The position numbers and the translations under genes were made by a program. A model generated the notes under the pieces. The model saw only the letters and a program-made list of their open reading frames with translations. It ran no database searches and was not told the origin of the DNA. A stretch of DNA of 64,000 nucleotides. It comes from Priapulus caudatus. Lineage: Eukaryota. Positions 1-18,259 of this stretch are shown piece by piece; within the stretch, counting starts at the first letter, position 1; each line of letters begins with the position of its first letter. Location: contig NW_014577085.1 of assembly GCF_000485595.1 (NCBI RefSeq), positions 433,963-497,962 on the forward strand, in the 5' to 3' direction.

Positions 1-195
1 TTACGATTTAATGAAGCTTAATAATAGTACAATCCACTCGAGACATGGTGACACTGTCACTGTCACTGATACTGATACGGAGTGATAGTGATACCGATGG
101 AGGACTGACCGAGTTTGAGAGTGCGATAGTAGTTTGCAACCTCTCAGTCACACGGCACTTTAATTGTTCTTGTGACTGTAAGTAACTATAAGAAT

Positions 196-1345
196 CACAG
201 GCACTTGAAGCGTTTCAATAAAATATAATGCTAAATAAATACGATATCTAACCGGTATTTACTACCAAATTCTTATTAATATTATGTTTCTATACAGTAT
301 ACTCTCTTTCACCTATTATTGCCGACAGTTTCCTGTAAATTCCGTCCAATTCCTATGTGCAACAAACACTGACTGCCGCCATTCCTCACGTGGCTGCAAT
401 GTGCAAACTGACACTTATATATTTATATATATAGCAGGTAGGAGAGCGGGATCGCAAAATTCGCTCGACGCTCGCTTGATTTTACACTTTCACAGCACGA
501 ATACACATCCAACAGCTTCCATCTTTGTTTCTCTTTCAAGAACAGTGTTCACTTGTTATAAAAACATACTGTCTCTGTTCGTAACCAAGCTGTGTCACGC
601 GAAATCACACAAAGACTGACGAAATTCTTGCGTTTGCGAACCTTGCCCAGTAAATGTAAATGGCTGTCAGAATCAGGAAACACCCACTGGCGCTCTTCGT
701 GACCTCATTCTTGCGCCGCAACGCTGCAACGTTTTTCCAACGCTACAATGGTGAGGCTCGTACGGGAGTTGGAAGCAGTGCGCCGCCTGCGCGCCGCCTA
801 TAGCCCATAGACTGGCACTCGCTCCCATCTTTCGGCGTAGCTTAGTTACTCGATGGGTAATCGGGGTGGGAGCGAGTACCAGTCTATATAGCCCTGTACT
901 TGCAGCCATTTACATTTACTGGGCATGGTTAGCGAACGCGAGAATTTCGTCAGTCTTTGTGTGATTTCGCGTGACGCAGCTTGGTTACGAACAGAGACAG
1001 TATGTTTTTATAACAAGTAAACACTGTTCTTGAAAGAGAAACGAAGATGGAAGCTGTTGGATGTGTATTCGTGCTGTGAAAGTGTGAAATCAAGCAAGCG
1101 TCAAGCGAATTTTGCGATCCCGCTTTCCTACCTGCTATATATATAAGTGTGAGTGTGCACACTGCAGCCACGTGAGGAATGGCGGCAGTCAGTGTTTGTT
1201 GCACATAGGATTTGGACGGAATTTACAGGAAACTGTTGGCAATAATAGGTGAAAGAGAGTATAGAAACATAATAAGAATTTGGTAGTAAATAGATTTCGT
1301 ATTTATTTAGCATTATAATTTATTGAAACGCTTCAAGTGCCTGTG
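196..1345. mobile_element. Foldback non-autonomous DNA transposon, CACAGG termini, ~450-470-bp inverted arms
   Basis: CACAGGCACTTGAAGCGTTTCAATA at 196 is mirrored at 1345; arms ~196-665 and ~903-1345; flanked by AT/AT (possible 2-bp TSD). Confidence 0.85.
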
Positions 1346-1457
1346 ATAATGAATTACACGTCGTAGTACATTCGGTCTATCGACACCCTGCCCCAAACGC
1401 TCACTAATCAAATCGACATACACTTTTAGAGACAGTCGTGTTTGTTTTGGTAATGAC

Positions 1458-1800
1458 CACTGGCAGCAAGAACAAGTTCGCACCTGCAGCTACAGCACAC
1501 ACGCATCTATTGACTATATATAACAACATGGTGCCTAACTCGCCGCCGCACGGACCACAACTCATCGTTTTCAATCAGTTACAACTCTGGTGTTCCTGCA
1601 GGTGACGCCACTTTCCAACTATCGTAGATTCAACGATAGTTGGAAAGTGGCGTCACCTGCAGGAACACCGCAGTTGTAACTGATTGAAAACGGTGAGTTG
1701 TGGTCCGTGCGGCGGCGAGTTAGGCACCATGTTGTTATATATAGTCAATAGATGCGTGTGTGCTGTAGCTGCAGGTGCGGACTTGTTCTTGCTGCCAGTG
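1458..1800. mobile_element. Near-perfect palindromic MITE with 8-bp TSD (hAT-like)
   Basis: CACTGGCAGCAAG...CTTGCTGCCAGTG; ~168-bp arms with a loop of only a few nt near 1628; GTAATGAC duplicated at 1450-1457 and 1801-1808. Confidence 0.88.
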
Positions 1801-2191
1801 GTAATGACTAATTAGTAATGTGCTGACTTGTATTGTAATACAAGTTGTATTATCCCCCGATGACCTGTTGAGTGTTGTGAGTGTGTCCATCCCCGTGCTG
1901 AGCCTGCCCCCAAAAGTCTGAGTACGAGGTTGTACCTTGCTAAGACTGACCTGTACTGTGCTCAAATTGGGCTGATATAGTCTTACTTAAAGTGGATAAT
2001 ATGGAAAAGTGTAGTTGGGATTCGGAATTCAGCTTAACGGTAGTGGGGTGCGGTGCAAAAAAATTAATCATTTTTAAGATATATCGTAACCTTGAATGCA
2101 ATAGTGCATTAATTAGTACTTGATGCTAGAAGATAAGAAATAACTTGTGCCTCCTTTCCGTTTCTTTTTGTTGCATATAGTGTGATGCAGG

Positions 2192-8894
<6,703 letters not shown>

Positions 8895-9597
8895 AGTCTC
8901 TTAAAGAATCCAGGCACACACAGATATTCTTTATGTGAGTAACGTTACAAGTATGCATTGCGTTTAATGTTATCATGATTTTGAGATGAATCTTTTGTAC
9001 CATGTTGGAAAATTTTCATGTTGAGAGTTTGATCCATTGTAGTATATTTAAGAGAAAAAATACAGGTATTTTGTAATAGCTATAATGTGTGTCTCTCAAG
9101 ATATAGACGGTTGTGTAATGTGCGTGAAGGTTGCGCGGTTATGAGAGCAATGCTGGCCAGTTCACACTATATTAGAAAATGTGTTTTTAGTCATTTAAAA
9201 AGAATCTTGAAGTTTTGTAATAAGATCATGTAGTTGCAGATAGCTTTTATTATTATGTGTATAGCTGTTATTGAGTAAATATGACAAGGGTGGAGGACAG
9301 CATTGTTCCTAAATGTAGCGGACAATCGATTTGGATGCTTGCCTCCTTATAATTATCTCTGGTAGGTAAAGTACGAGTGAATATGTTTGTTATGTGTGCG
9401 TGCATGTAGCACTTCAAGTTGTGATTAACAGAATTTCCTTGATATGATCATCAACATTGTAAATGTTGTATGTTTAAATGTCTTTTCCCCTACTACTATA
9501 CGTCATAGCAACTGTGTTGTGTTTTATAACAACGTGGGAACATAACACATGAGTAAGCCATGCATTTTGTAAATATTGTTATGCATGTACTATAGTT

Positions 9598-9669
9598 CAC
9601 ATCAGTAGAACCCACTCCAAGAATCTAACTGGACCGAGCCAGATTCCTGGAGTGGGTTCTACTGATGTG
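9598..9669. repeat. 72-bp hairpin (22-bp perfect outer stem) downstream of the SAV1 stop
   Basis: CACATCAGTAGAACCCACTCCA ... TGGAGTGGGTTCTACTGATGTG; no TSD seen. Confidence 0.8.
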
Positions 9670-10095
9670 GATTTAAACCCTTGAGTCCAGTGTAAAATAA
9701 AAGAACCGAGAAGAAGAAGAAGAAGAAGAAGAAGATGTAGGATGTGAGTGATGTGCGTTCAGCAGAGGCACCGCACCCTCTACCATAAACCACATACCCT
9801 AGTTAACGTCGTTTTTTGTACACAAGTATATTAACTATGTTATATCGATGCTGTTTAATAACATGCGTATACGTTTTAGGGATGAAGGCAGCTATATATG
9901 TGTTCTCTGTTTTCCTGTTGCTTGCAAAATTGCCAGAGTAAAACTTTGGTGTGTAGCTTTACAGGAAAATTAAATGTTTAACAAAGTCCATGATGACTTA
10001 GGTGAGTCGGTGGCGATTAAATACTCATTACAGGGTTTAAATGAATTATAGAATGGGTGAGCGAAGGCAACTGAATGTTAATCAATGTATGTGAG

Positions 10096-10304
10096 GCTCA
10101 TAGGGTCTATGTCCCCCAGGGTACTGCCGGAACGTACCCTGGGTACGGTCCGGTATACCGCAACGTACCCTGGTAACTATCTGATATGGTTGGCGTAGGC
10201 GACTCCCTAGACTCGTTAGTGGAGTAGGCGAGGTACGGTCCGGCATATTAGATAGTACCAGGGTACGTTCCGGCAGTACCCTGGGGGACATAGACCCTCT
10301 CAGC
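10096..10304 (+). mobile_element. GCTCATAGGG-family MITE copy 1 (telomeric tract absent)
   Basis: TIR GCTCATAGGGTCTATGTCCCCCAGGGTACTGCCGGAACGTACCCTGG; TSD GTATGTGAG / GTATGCGAG (9 bp, 1 mismatch). Confidence 0.88.
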
Positions 10305-11807
10305 GTATGCGAGTGCGTGCGTGTGCAGGTTCAAATGCAGGTTTAATTGGTATGGTGCACGCTGGTATTTATTGTGAATTAAACCTATGGCAGCATATTT
10401 TATATTTATCGTTACGACATATTTAAAGGTGACAAAGAATAAAAATCATTATTCATAGATAATAAAATCACTACTTTACATGCACAATTGCAGGTGGAAC
10501 TTGCATAATTGTTTGCATGGCAACCAGTTTATTTTATAGAACATAATACCAGATAGTGAATGTTACTTATGCGCCTTCATTCACACTTTGCTGCCATTCT
10601 TTTCGGTTTATTATGATAATGAGGCGTCAAGCAGCAACTTTAATTACAATGCATTTTTCCGATTTGAACTATGCACCACTAGTCTAGGATACATAGGCTT
10701 GTGCTATTACGTATTATGCAATTGTAACAGTATAGGACAGTATAACCATTACTTTGAATAATCTCACAGCTCATTTATACCACAATCATGTGAATTGGCT
10801 TTGCTAGAAGGGGGGGGGGATCTAAGGTTGATAAGCATTAATATTTGTAAAAGTGTTGATCAACAGTATATGATACATTGAATTTGGTTTCTATGTATGA
10901 TTAAGAAATTTATATAATAAATTATTTTAAAACTTCATTTTTCATATTTGCTTAATATGGCTTGCCTTCATTTGGACCCAGATTTTTAACAGCAAAAAAA
11001 CATTTGCATGGCAACATACAACAACAAAAATAACTATAACAAAACATTCTTTCATTACTTTAATCCATATAAATTTTTTTATACAAACTGTAATGTGAAA
11101 ACCTGCAACTAACTGACACCACTGTAACTGGAACACCATTCTCCTGCCAAATAAACGAAAGCTTTCACCACAATAAACCTTATAACAATAAACAGCTATG
11201 AAAACGTAGGATTTGCAATTCTTATTGCAGTTTGAAATGTTGACTAATATCATGTGGCATACATTTGATGAATAGAAATGGCCTCCTAACTATTTGTACA
11301 CGTATATCATATTGCCACATGGCGGCAAGACTTGCACCCTATGACAGTGGCAGTGTCAGTGACAGATTATTAGCTACCTATGTGACAAAGTACCGAAAAT
11401 TCACCTGACATTGTTACCATTAGATTCGCTTAGACAATGTGGTAACGGCTTTATTCATACTATTTTACCTTTTCCTTAAAAATAAATGTGTTTATTCTGT
11501 AACAGTGTGCATCTAGGTGTTGTAGGAAACTATGTCCTCGTAAAACGTTTAAGCATTCACGGCATTTAAAACCGCTACTAACAACAAGTAAAAGCACTGA
11601 CCACAAAAATTCCCAAGCAATACTTTGCCTTTCAGTTAACAAGTTCATGGAAAATGGTTTTCCCAGCGTTCCTTGTTACCTAGCGCCATATTTTTCAGGT
11701 AGATATTAGAGTATAGCCCTATTCAGATTGTTATGCGAAGTAGTCTACGTGAATCCAGAATGTTGATAGCTGTTACTAATAATTTATTTACAGTAACAGT
11801 AACTGCG

Positions 11808-12005
11808 GCTGATAGGGTCTATGTCTCCCTGGGTACTGCCGGAGCGTACCCTGGTAACTATCTGATATGGTTAAGGTTAGGGTTAGAGAGTAGGCGTAGG
11901 CGACTCCCTAGACTCGTTAATGGAGTAGGCGAGGTCCGGTCCGGCATATTAGATAGTACCAGGGTACGTGCCGGCAGTACCCAGGGAGACATAGACCCTG
12001 GCAGC
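11808..12005 (+). mobile_element. GCTCATAGGG-family MITE copy 2
   Basis: Same TIRs and core (GGCGTAGGCGACTCCCTAGACTCGTT), short TTAGGG tract; no clear TSD. Confidence 0.85.
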
Positions 12006-12850
12006 GATCAGTTCTATTTAGATTTCAGTTAAATTTGATGAAACACTGCACCAGCTATGGCAACTTGCAAACTACACGTCTGGATAATATTTTCTAGCTA
12101 ACCCACAGACATGCTTTTTATCTCCATGAACAGTTACGAAAATCACATTAAAGCACAAGACAAACCACCTATCCATAGCAATATTGTACAAAAAATTCAG
12201 CAAAATGTAAGAATACACCATTTTTTTCATGCGTGTAGCTAATAGAGGAAGATATGGCCAGCCTAGCAACCCAAAAACAACTATCAACAGTAGCTTCTGC
12301 ATATGCTACTTTCAGAATTCCTCTACACAAGCATATTAACTAGTGTATAAAATTCATGGTTCGGAATCATGGACAATTATTCATAAACATAATGCACGGA
12401 CAGTGTGTGTTTAACGGAGATAGGTATAACATCCCCCACAAATGAATGACTTCCTAGGACAATCAACAAAACATGCTGCCATTGAATTGGCGGTGAACAT
12501 GCATTAAAAGCAACATTTATGCACAACGATTATGATCACTCTAACACCACCTCGCAACCTTTTAAATTACACTCAGCTTACCTAAGACATTCCACAGGTA
12601 TTCACCATGCTGTCTTTACTACACTTTATATGATCGATGGGAAAAAATACTGGAGACCCGTTATGTGCAGGCCATTGTGTCAATTCTGAACATGCATTGT
12701 GTAGCCAATGTCCTGATGTACAATATATGTTATTTTTTATTCTAAGCAAATCTTGAACAGATGGTAGGCAATCAGTGTTCAGAAGGATGATGAGTTATGA
12801 ATGATCTATGTAATAATGTTAGACAGGTTATGATAAACGTACTGTTACAA

Positions 12851-13158
12851 CAGGGCTGCCAATTCTCACGCATTGACCGTGAGACTTACGCATTTTGACC
12901 AAATCTCACGCTCAGCAAAAAAATGCTGAGATATCTCACGCATGAATATCTCTTCATGAATAAAACACTGAAATATCTCACGCACAGCAAAAAAAATCTT
13001 ACAATATCTGAAAACAGTCACTTTAGTATGCACCAAATTGCACAAATTGAAGTTATAAAATGCAAAAGCTCCCTACCCCCCTCCCACGCCCACCCCCGCT
13101 CGGTCGCTTCGCTCCCTTGCATCTCACTCTCACCTATCACCCAATGTTGGCAGCCCTG
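12851..13158. mobile_element. MITE with CAGGGCTGCCAA TIRs
   Basis: CAGGGCTGCCAA / TTGGCAGCCCTG, multiple CTCACGC subterminal motifs, TTACAA duplicated at both flanks. Confidence 0.8.
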
Positions 13159-13847
13159 TTACAATGATTCGTTACAATGAGTTATTACAGTAAAGATGCA
13201 GATGAAACTACAGATATCCATAAAAGTTGTGTAAATATGTCAATATTCCGAGGATAGGCGCACACGTACACATCCAATGCATGTGTAAGTGCGCACACGC
13301 ACATGCACTCGCACACATTGCGCGCACACACGCACACATACACAGACATAAATGGTAACCAGATGAACTTATTTTTTCCAAGAAAGCTACTGTGTAATTA
13401 CAACAGGTTCTTCAAAAAAAAATACAATATCAGTTCCGAAAATTTATGCAGTGCGCTAAATAACAGGAGAAATGTAGACTTAGCCCATCCACCCCCAGCT
13501 GCTACATTTGTCAATGCACCTTAAAGTTTAGTCACCTCGACAAATTCTACTTGACATGTGCACCACATTCTGTGTAGTTTCTGAGCCTTTATCAGATCCT
13601 TCTCTACGATAAAAATGAAAGATTAAACTGTTACAGAAACAACCAAATGGGGTGCAACCTTTGGCATATCTCCACAAGGCAGTATATTGGAAAGCCAACA
13701 GAACAGGAGTAACCTCCACCCCTTCTCTTTCCCAATAATTCCAAACTCTATTATCCCAAGAGTGCATTAGGTGTGTATGCCGAAGTGAGATATGCAGCGA
13801 GAAACCAGCGAGTGTTGGGTGTCCTGCTGTGCTGCTTCTTCAATTCT

Positions 13848-16800
13848 CTACTCAATCAGCTTCTTGGCCTTGAAGTAGCGCCTGAGGTAGAACACCTGCC
13901 ATGTGGCTAGCGCTAGCAGGCAGCACATGGAGAAGATGCTAAAGTACAGCACTCTCGAGTTTGTAGATTCTGCAAAGTCAGAGCAAAACAGAACATATCA
14001 ATGTGTGTAAGATAATCGTGTTCGTCAGATCATCATAACATTTCTGAAATAATACACGCATGCCAGTACCCAGACAGACAGAAGTACTATTTTTGATCGG
14101 GAAACCATGTAAAATAGATGTCGTTAATAATAGGGATGTGACGTTAAGTAATGGTATCCAAACAGCACTAAAAATTATGAAAAACATGGAAACTAAAGTA
14201 AAACGTCATTTACCATTAGTATTTCTCATCTCTTCTTCTCTCTTTCTCATGTAGGCAAATGAATTAACGATATCTTCTGAAAGATCTTCCAGTCGCTTCA
14301 GTTCAACTTCTAATGGCTTTAATTTCTCTGCCTTTGCTACCTGTAAAATTGATTAATCAAATTTAATAGTTTCCACCTTTCCATGTCAATCTTTGCTTGA
14401 TCTAGATCAAAGGCCAGATGTATAGAAACCATTGATAAGAAGCACGAGCATATATTCGTAAAAAATCTATTGATACCGCAATCATTGGATTTCCACATCA
14501 CGATTAATATAATGCAGGGAGATATGATCAACGGAGTGTATAACTTGAATAACTTCATGTATTGTGTATACATAATACGTACAATGTGGTAATCTGGCAC
14601 TGTATAAGAAACACTGTTTCATTCATCTTATATATACTTAACTGTGCATTTAAATCAAAAGTAAGCAATGGCAAGTTTTTTATATTTAATTTGACTTTGA
14701 GAGTAATTAGTATTATGTATATATCTAGCTAATATACCATACCTGATAAATGAGTATGTTCAAAACACAATTATGACATACCGAGCACAAATTACTATGA
14801 TCAGATTACTGTGAATAGCATTATTATATATCCTAGCCAAAACATAACAATTTTAGATATAGAACTCTAATAGGCAGACAATAAATAAAAGCTTACATTT
14901 TCATAGTTTCTGGCTTCTACTCCATGCTTGACATTGAGTGTAATCTCCCGTGCAGGACCTTGCTGACCTAGACATGCAATGAACTCTCAAACACGACACC
15001 AGTAAGCATGTCAACTTAGTGCTACCGGACTGAACCACCTCCCTACATTTAGTGGTAGGTTGATACACAATACAGTGAAATACTGAGAACACAATTACTA
15101 ATTAGATTAACATTAAATAAAACCCGAAAATACTAAAGATTCTCACAATATTCTGGATACATAAAAAACCTACAACTTAGAGGCAGCCATACAACACAAT
15201 TTTCATATAACTGGGTTGGGGGGGACCACGTTTAAATGTCTCAGGGTCACCCCTACTGAAAACGAAACTAATTTCATATAAATACATGACCACATGTAAT
15301 TATTTTATGTAGGGTTTGCTTACTAGTAATTAATTACCACTAATCACCAGCAGCTAACACAAAGTACTCGATTGCAAAACACTTCCTGGACTACATTCCT
15401 GTATAGGTGATTATGGTGCAAAAATAAACTATTAGAGCCTTTGCAACGTTGTTTCTGCGAGCTTATTCTCATTACTACAAAATGTACCAGCTAAGTTAAT
15501 TACCAGCTGCTAGTTTGGTTTCAAAGCAAACTTCGTAGACTTCATAATCATCCGTTGTGAAGGCAAACTTTCCCTGTGTGGCATCATCTTTATGATAGAG
15601 CGTGTGACCTCTGGAATCAGCTACCTAAAAACAGTATAAAGTTTAAGAATTATGTCAATAATGTGATGAAACTGGTTGTGTTAACTACATAGTGTATTTT
15701 AATAATTAACTACTGCTGCAATTTACACAAACCAGCAGAAAGAGACAACGACATGGTGCAGATATGGAGCATGGGCAAGCTTGACACAACCAACATCTCA
15801 CTTTGACCTTATTGCGTGATTATTACCCCCCCTCCCCCCTAGAAACATGTTGAGTGTGTACATACATAGAATAATGCTATTAAAATAAATATTAAATGAA
15901 TCAGATAATTGCACATTATCGCCAATCGGTTACTAAGTAGTATGGGCATAATGCTCATTATACAGTGGGCCCTGCCTTATTGGGACAAGTTGGGAACAAC
16001 GAAAATGTCTGATTAACGGGTAGTGCAAGTTATGCAGTGAACACATTTCCAGTCACACATGCATGCCTACTTCTGCCTCACGTAATTGTCTGTACATAGC
16101 CCACTCTGTGCAATACACACAAAAGTGAAATACATGTAAGTTTAGTGCTAAAAATGTTTGTAAGCTTGATATTTTCTGAATCCTCTAAAAAGCTGTGAAT
16201 TGTTATTTTGCTTTTAATCTTTAGGATTGTTTTATAACGTCCATTTAAGTTTGTTTTTCAGAAAATATCTTGTTTAACAAAGGTTCCATTTATCTGGTTA
16301 AAAAAACATTCATGAATAATGACCTTAAAACTCGACAACAAATGTTGGCAGTGCGTTCCATGCATTCACCACTGTTTGGCTGAAGAAGTGCTGTCGCAAT
16401 TGCAGCCTGGATCTATTTTTGAATAGTTTCAGGAGATTACCCCTGGTGGTTCCGGTTGCCGGTGTGAAAGATTGGTTCATATTAATGTTTTCTTTGTCTG
16501 TTAAAATTTTTTAAGTTTTGATCATGTCTCCCCTCACTCTCCTCTGTTCCAGTGAATATAGACCTAGGATTTCCAGTCTCCTCTCGTATTCCAGGTTATG
16601 TATAGAGTGGACTAGCTTGGTTGCCCTCCTTTGCACTTTTTCTAACAGGTCCATATCTTTCTTACAGTAGGGCTCATAGGATCTATGTAACCCAGGGTAC
16701 TGCCGGAACGTACCCTGGTAACTATTTGATATGGTTAGGGACTTAGGGTTAGGGTTAGGGTTAGGGTTAGGTTTAGGGTTAGGGTTAGGGTTAGGGAGTA

Positions 16801-17720
16801 GGTGACTCCCTAGACTCGTTAGTGGAGTAGGCGAGGTACGGTCCGACATATTAGATAGTACCAGAGTACGTTCCAGTATACCGGACCGTACCCAGGGTAC
16901 GTTCCGGCAGTACCCTGGGGGACATAGACCCTCTCAGCTATAGTAGGGTGACCAGGCTTGTACACAGTACTCTAGGTGGGGTCTGATGAACGTCTTGTAC
17001 AGGATAAGGAAACACCTTTTATCTACGTACTTGAATGTTTTCTTGATCGTAAATAGTAACGCTGTCACTAACACTAACGCTGAGAGGGTCTATGTCCCCC
17101 GGGGTACTGCCGGAACGTACACTGGGTACGGTCCGGTATACCGGAACGTACACTGGGTACGGTCCGGTATACCGGAACGTACCCTGTCCCTGGTACTATA
17201 TATTATATGCCGGACCGTACCTCGCCTACTCCACTAACGAGTCTAGGGAGTCGCCTACGCCTACTCCCTAACCCTAATCCTAACCCTAACCATATCAAAT
17301 AGTGACCAGGGTACGTTCCGGCAGTACCCTGGGGAACATAGACCCTATGAGCAACACTAACACTAACGGTAACACTAACAGTGACACTAACAGTAACACG
17401 TCACAGCAAAAACAAGTAGGTACGTAGTTGCTTGCTAAAATTGACTGCCCGTGATTGACAATGACGGAGAATTGTAACCGCATCCAGGAGACTAATAGTA
17501 GAAACAGGTTAATCACCGCTAGCGCTAGTAATATACGTACATGTAGATTCGTATGTTGTCCTGGTGCTTCAGAAACTTCATATTCACCAGATACAAGTAC
17601 ATCTTTGTGAATTTCCTCACGCAAACACTTCAGTGTGTTAGGAGGCAAATTAAACATAATGCCATCAGCAAATGTTGCAAGAAAAACTACAGCAAGTAAC
17701 ACGTAATATAATAAATCCAT
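13848..17720 (-). CDS. TMED10: Transmembrane emp24 domain protein 10 (p23/TMP21, p24 delta)
   Basis: Exons 17720-17541 (signal peptide, [20 protein letters not shown]), 15624-15504 ([17 protein letters not shown]), 14967-14897 ([11 protein letters not shown]), 14340-14214 ([41 protein letters not shown]), 13969-13848 ([40 protein letters not shown]). Phases are consistent and the C-terminal KKLIE ER-retrieval motif is present. Confidence 0.96.
16340..17050 (-). mobile_element. Degenerate CR1/L2-clade LINE ORF2 3' fragment, interrupted by a MITE
   Basis: Minus translation [20 protein letters not shown] / [18 protein letters not shown]...[23 protein letters not shown]...[14 protein letters not shown]. 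Confidence 0.85.
16672..16938 (+). mobile_element. GCTCATAGGG-family MITE copy 3 with long (TTAGGG)n tract
   Basis: About 10 TTAGGG-like units at ~16733-16797; TSD TACAGTAGG / TATAGTAGG; splits the LINE SPY-KKD motif. Confidence 0.9.
17079..17352 (-). mobile_element. GCTCATAGGG-family MITE copy 4 (inverted orientation)
   Basis: Perfect 9-bp TSD AACACTAAC; (CCCTAA)n-like tract at ~17266-17291. Confidence 0.9.
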
Positions 17721-18100
17721 ATCTTATGCGGATATGTAATTAAGAACTACATAAATACAGATTAACTACTAAAATACAGTTTAGATAACCACTTCCTCAG
17801 ATTAATAAGCGTAAACGCCTGTACGAGATAGGCTAACGTGGCACAACCGAAAAATCGTAAACTTGTACTTGGCGAATACTCGATTGGCACATCGTTCTCA
17901 CGAACATTGCCGAACATTGCCGACTGCATTATCAGCAGTGCCATCTTTGCGTAAATTTAGACTGGTACCGGATTAACTCTATGTACTGCCTTTTAACAAA
18001 ATGAATTGACGTTGACGCCGTATACAGTTACCGAGAGTCCCATGTGCGAAATCAGTAAAAATGAAGGCATGTGCTTGAATCTTGAAACTGAAAGGTGAGC
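17721..18100. promoter_or_regulatory. Probable bidirectional promoter region for TMED10 / POLG
   Basis: The genes diverge here; YY1-like GCCATCTT at ~17940; + strand donor AAG|GTGAGC at ~18094 and acceptor TTGACTTTTCAG at 21483 suggest a POLG 5'-UTR intron. Confidence 0.4.
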
Positions 18101-18259
18101 AGAATAATTTTTGAAATCATGCTATGCTAGTAATCGTATTGTAGCATGTTGAGGAAAGTGTTTAGGCTTCAGTGTGAGGTGGTTGTATGGCAGCCATGTT
18201 GCACTCTAAGTTGCACCGTACAAGTGAAGTGAGAGCCACGGCACAGTCTCGGCCTCAGC

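Noticed and set aside
284..1204. Near-identical ORFs on opposite strands (284-619 +, 950-1204 -; likewise 18559-18948 + and 18681-19058 -)
   Set aside because: They are mirror translations of foldback transposon arms with no recognisable protein motif.
16733..16797. Telomere fusion or healing site
   Set aside because: The TTAGGG tract is internal to a TSD-flanked MITE present in five copies.
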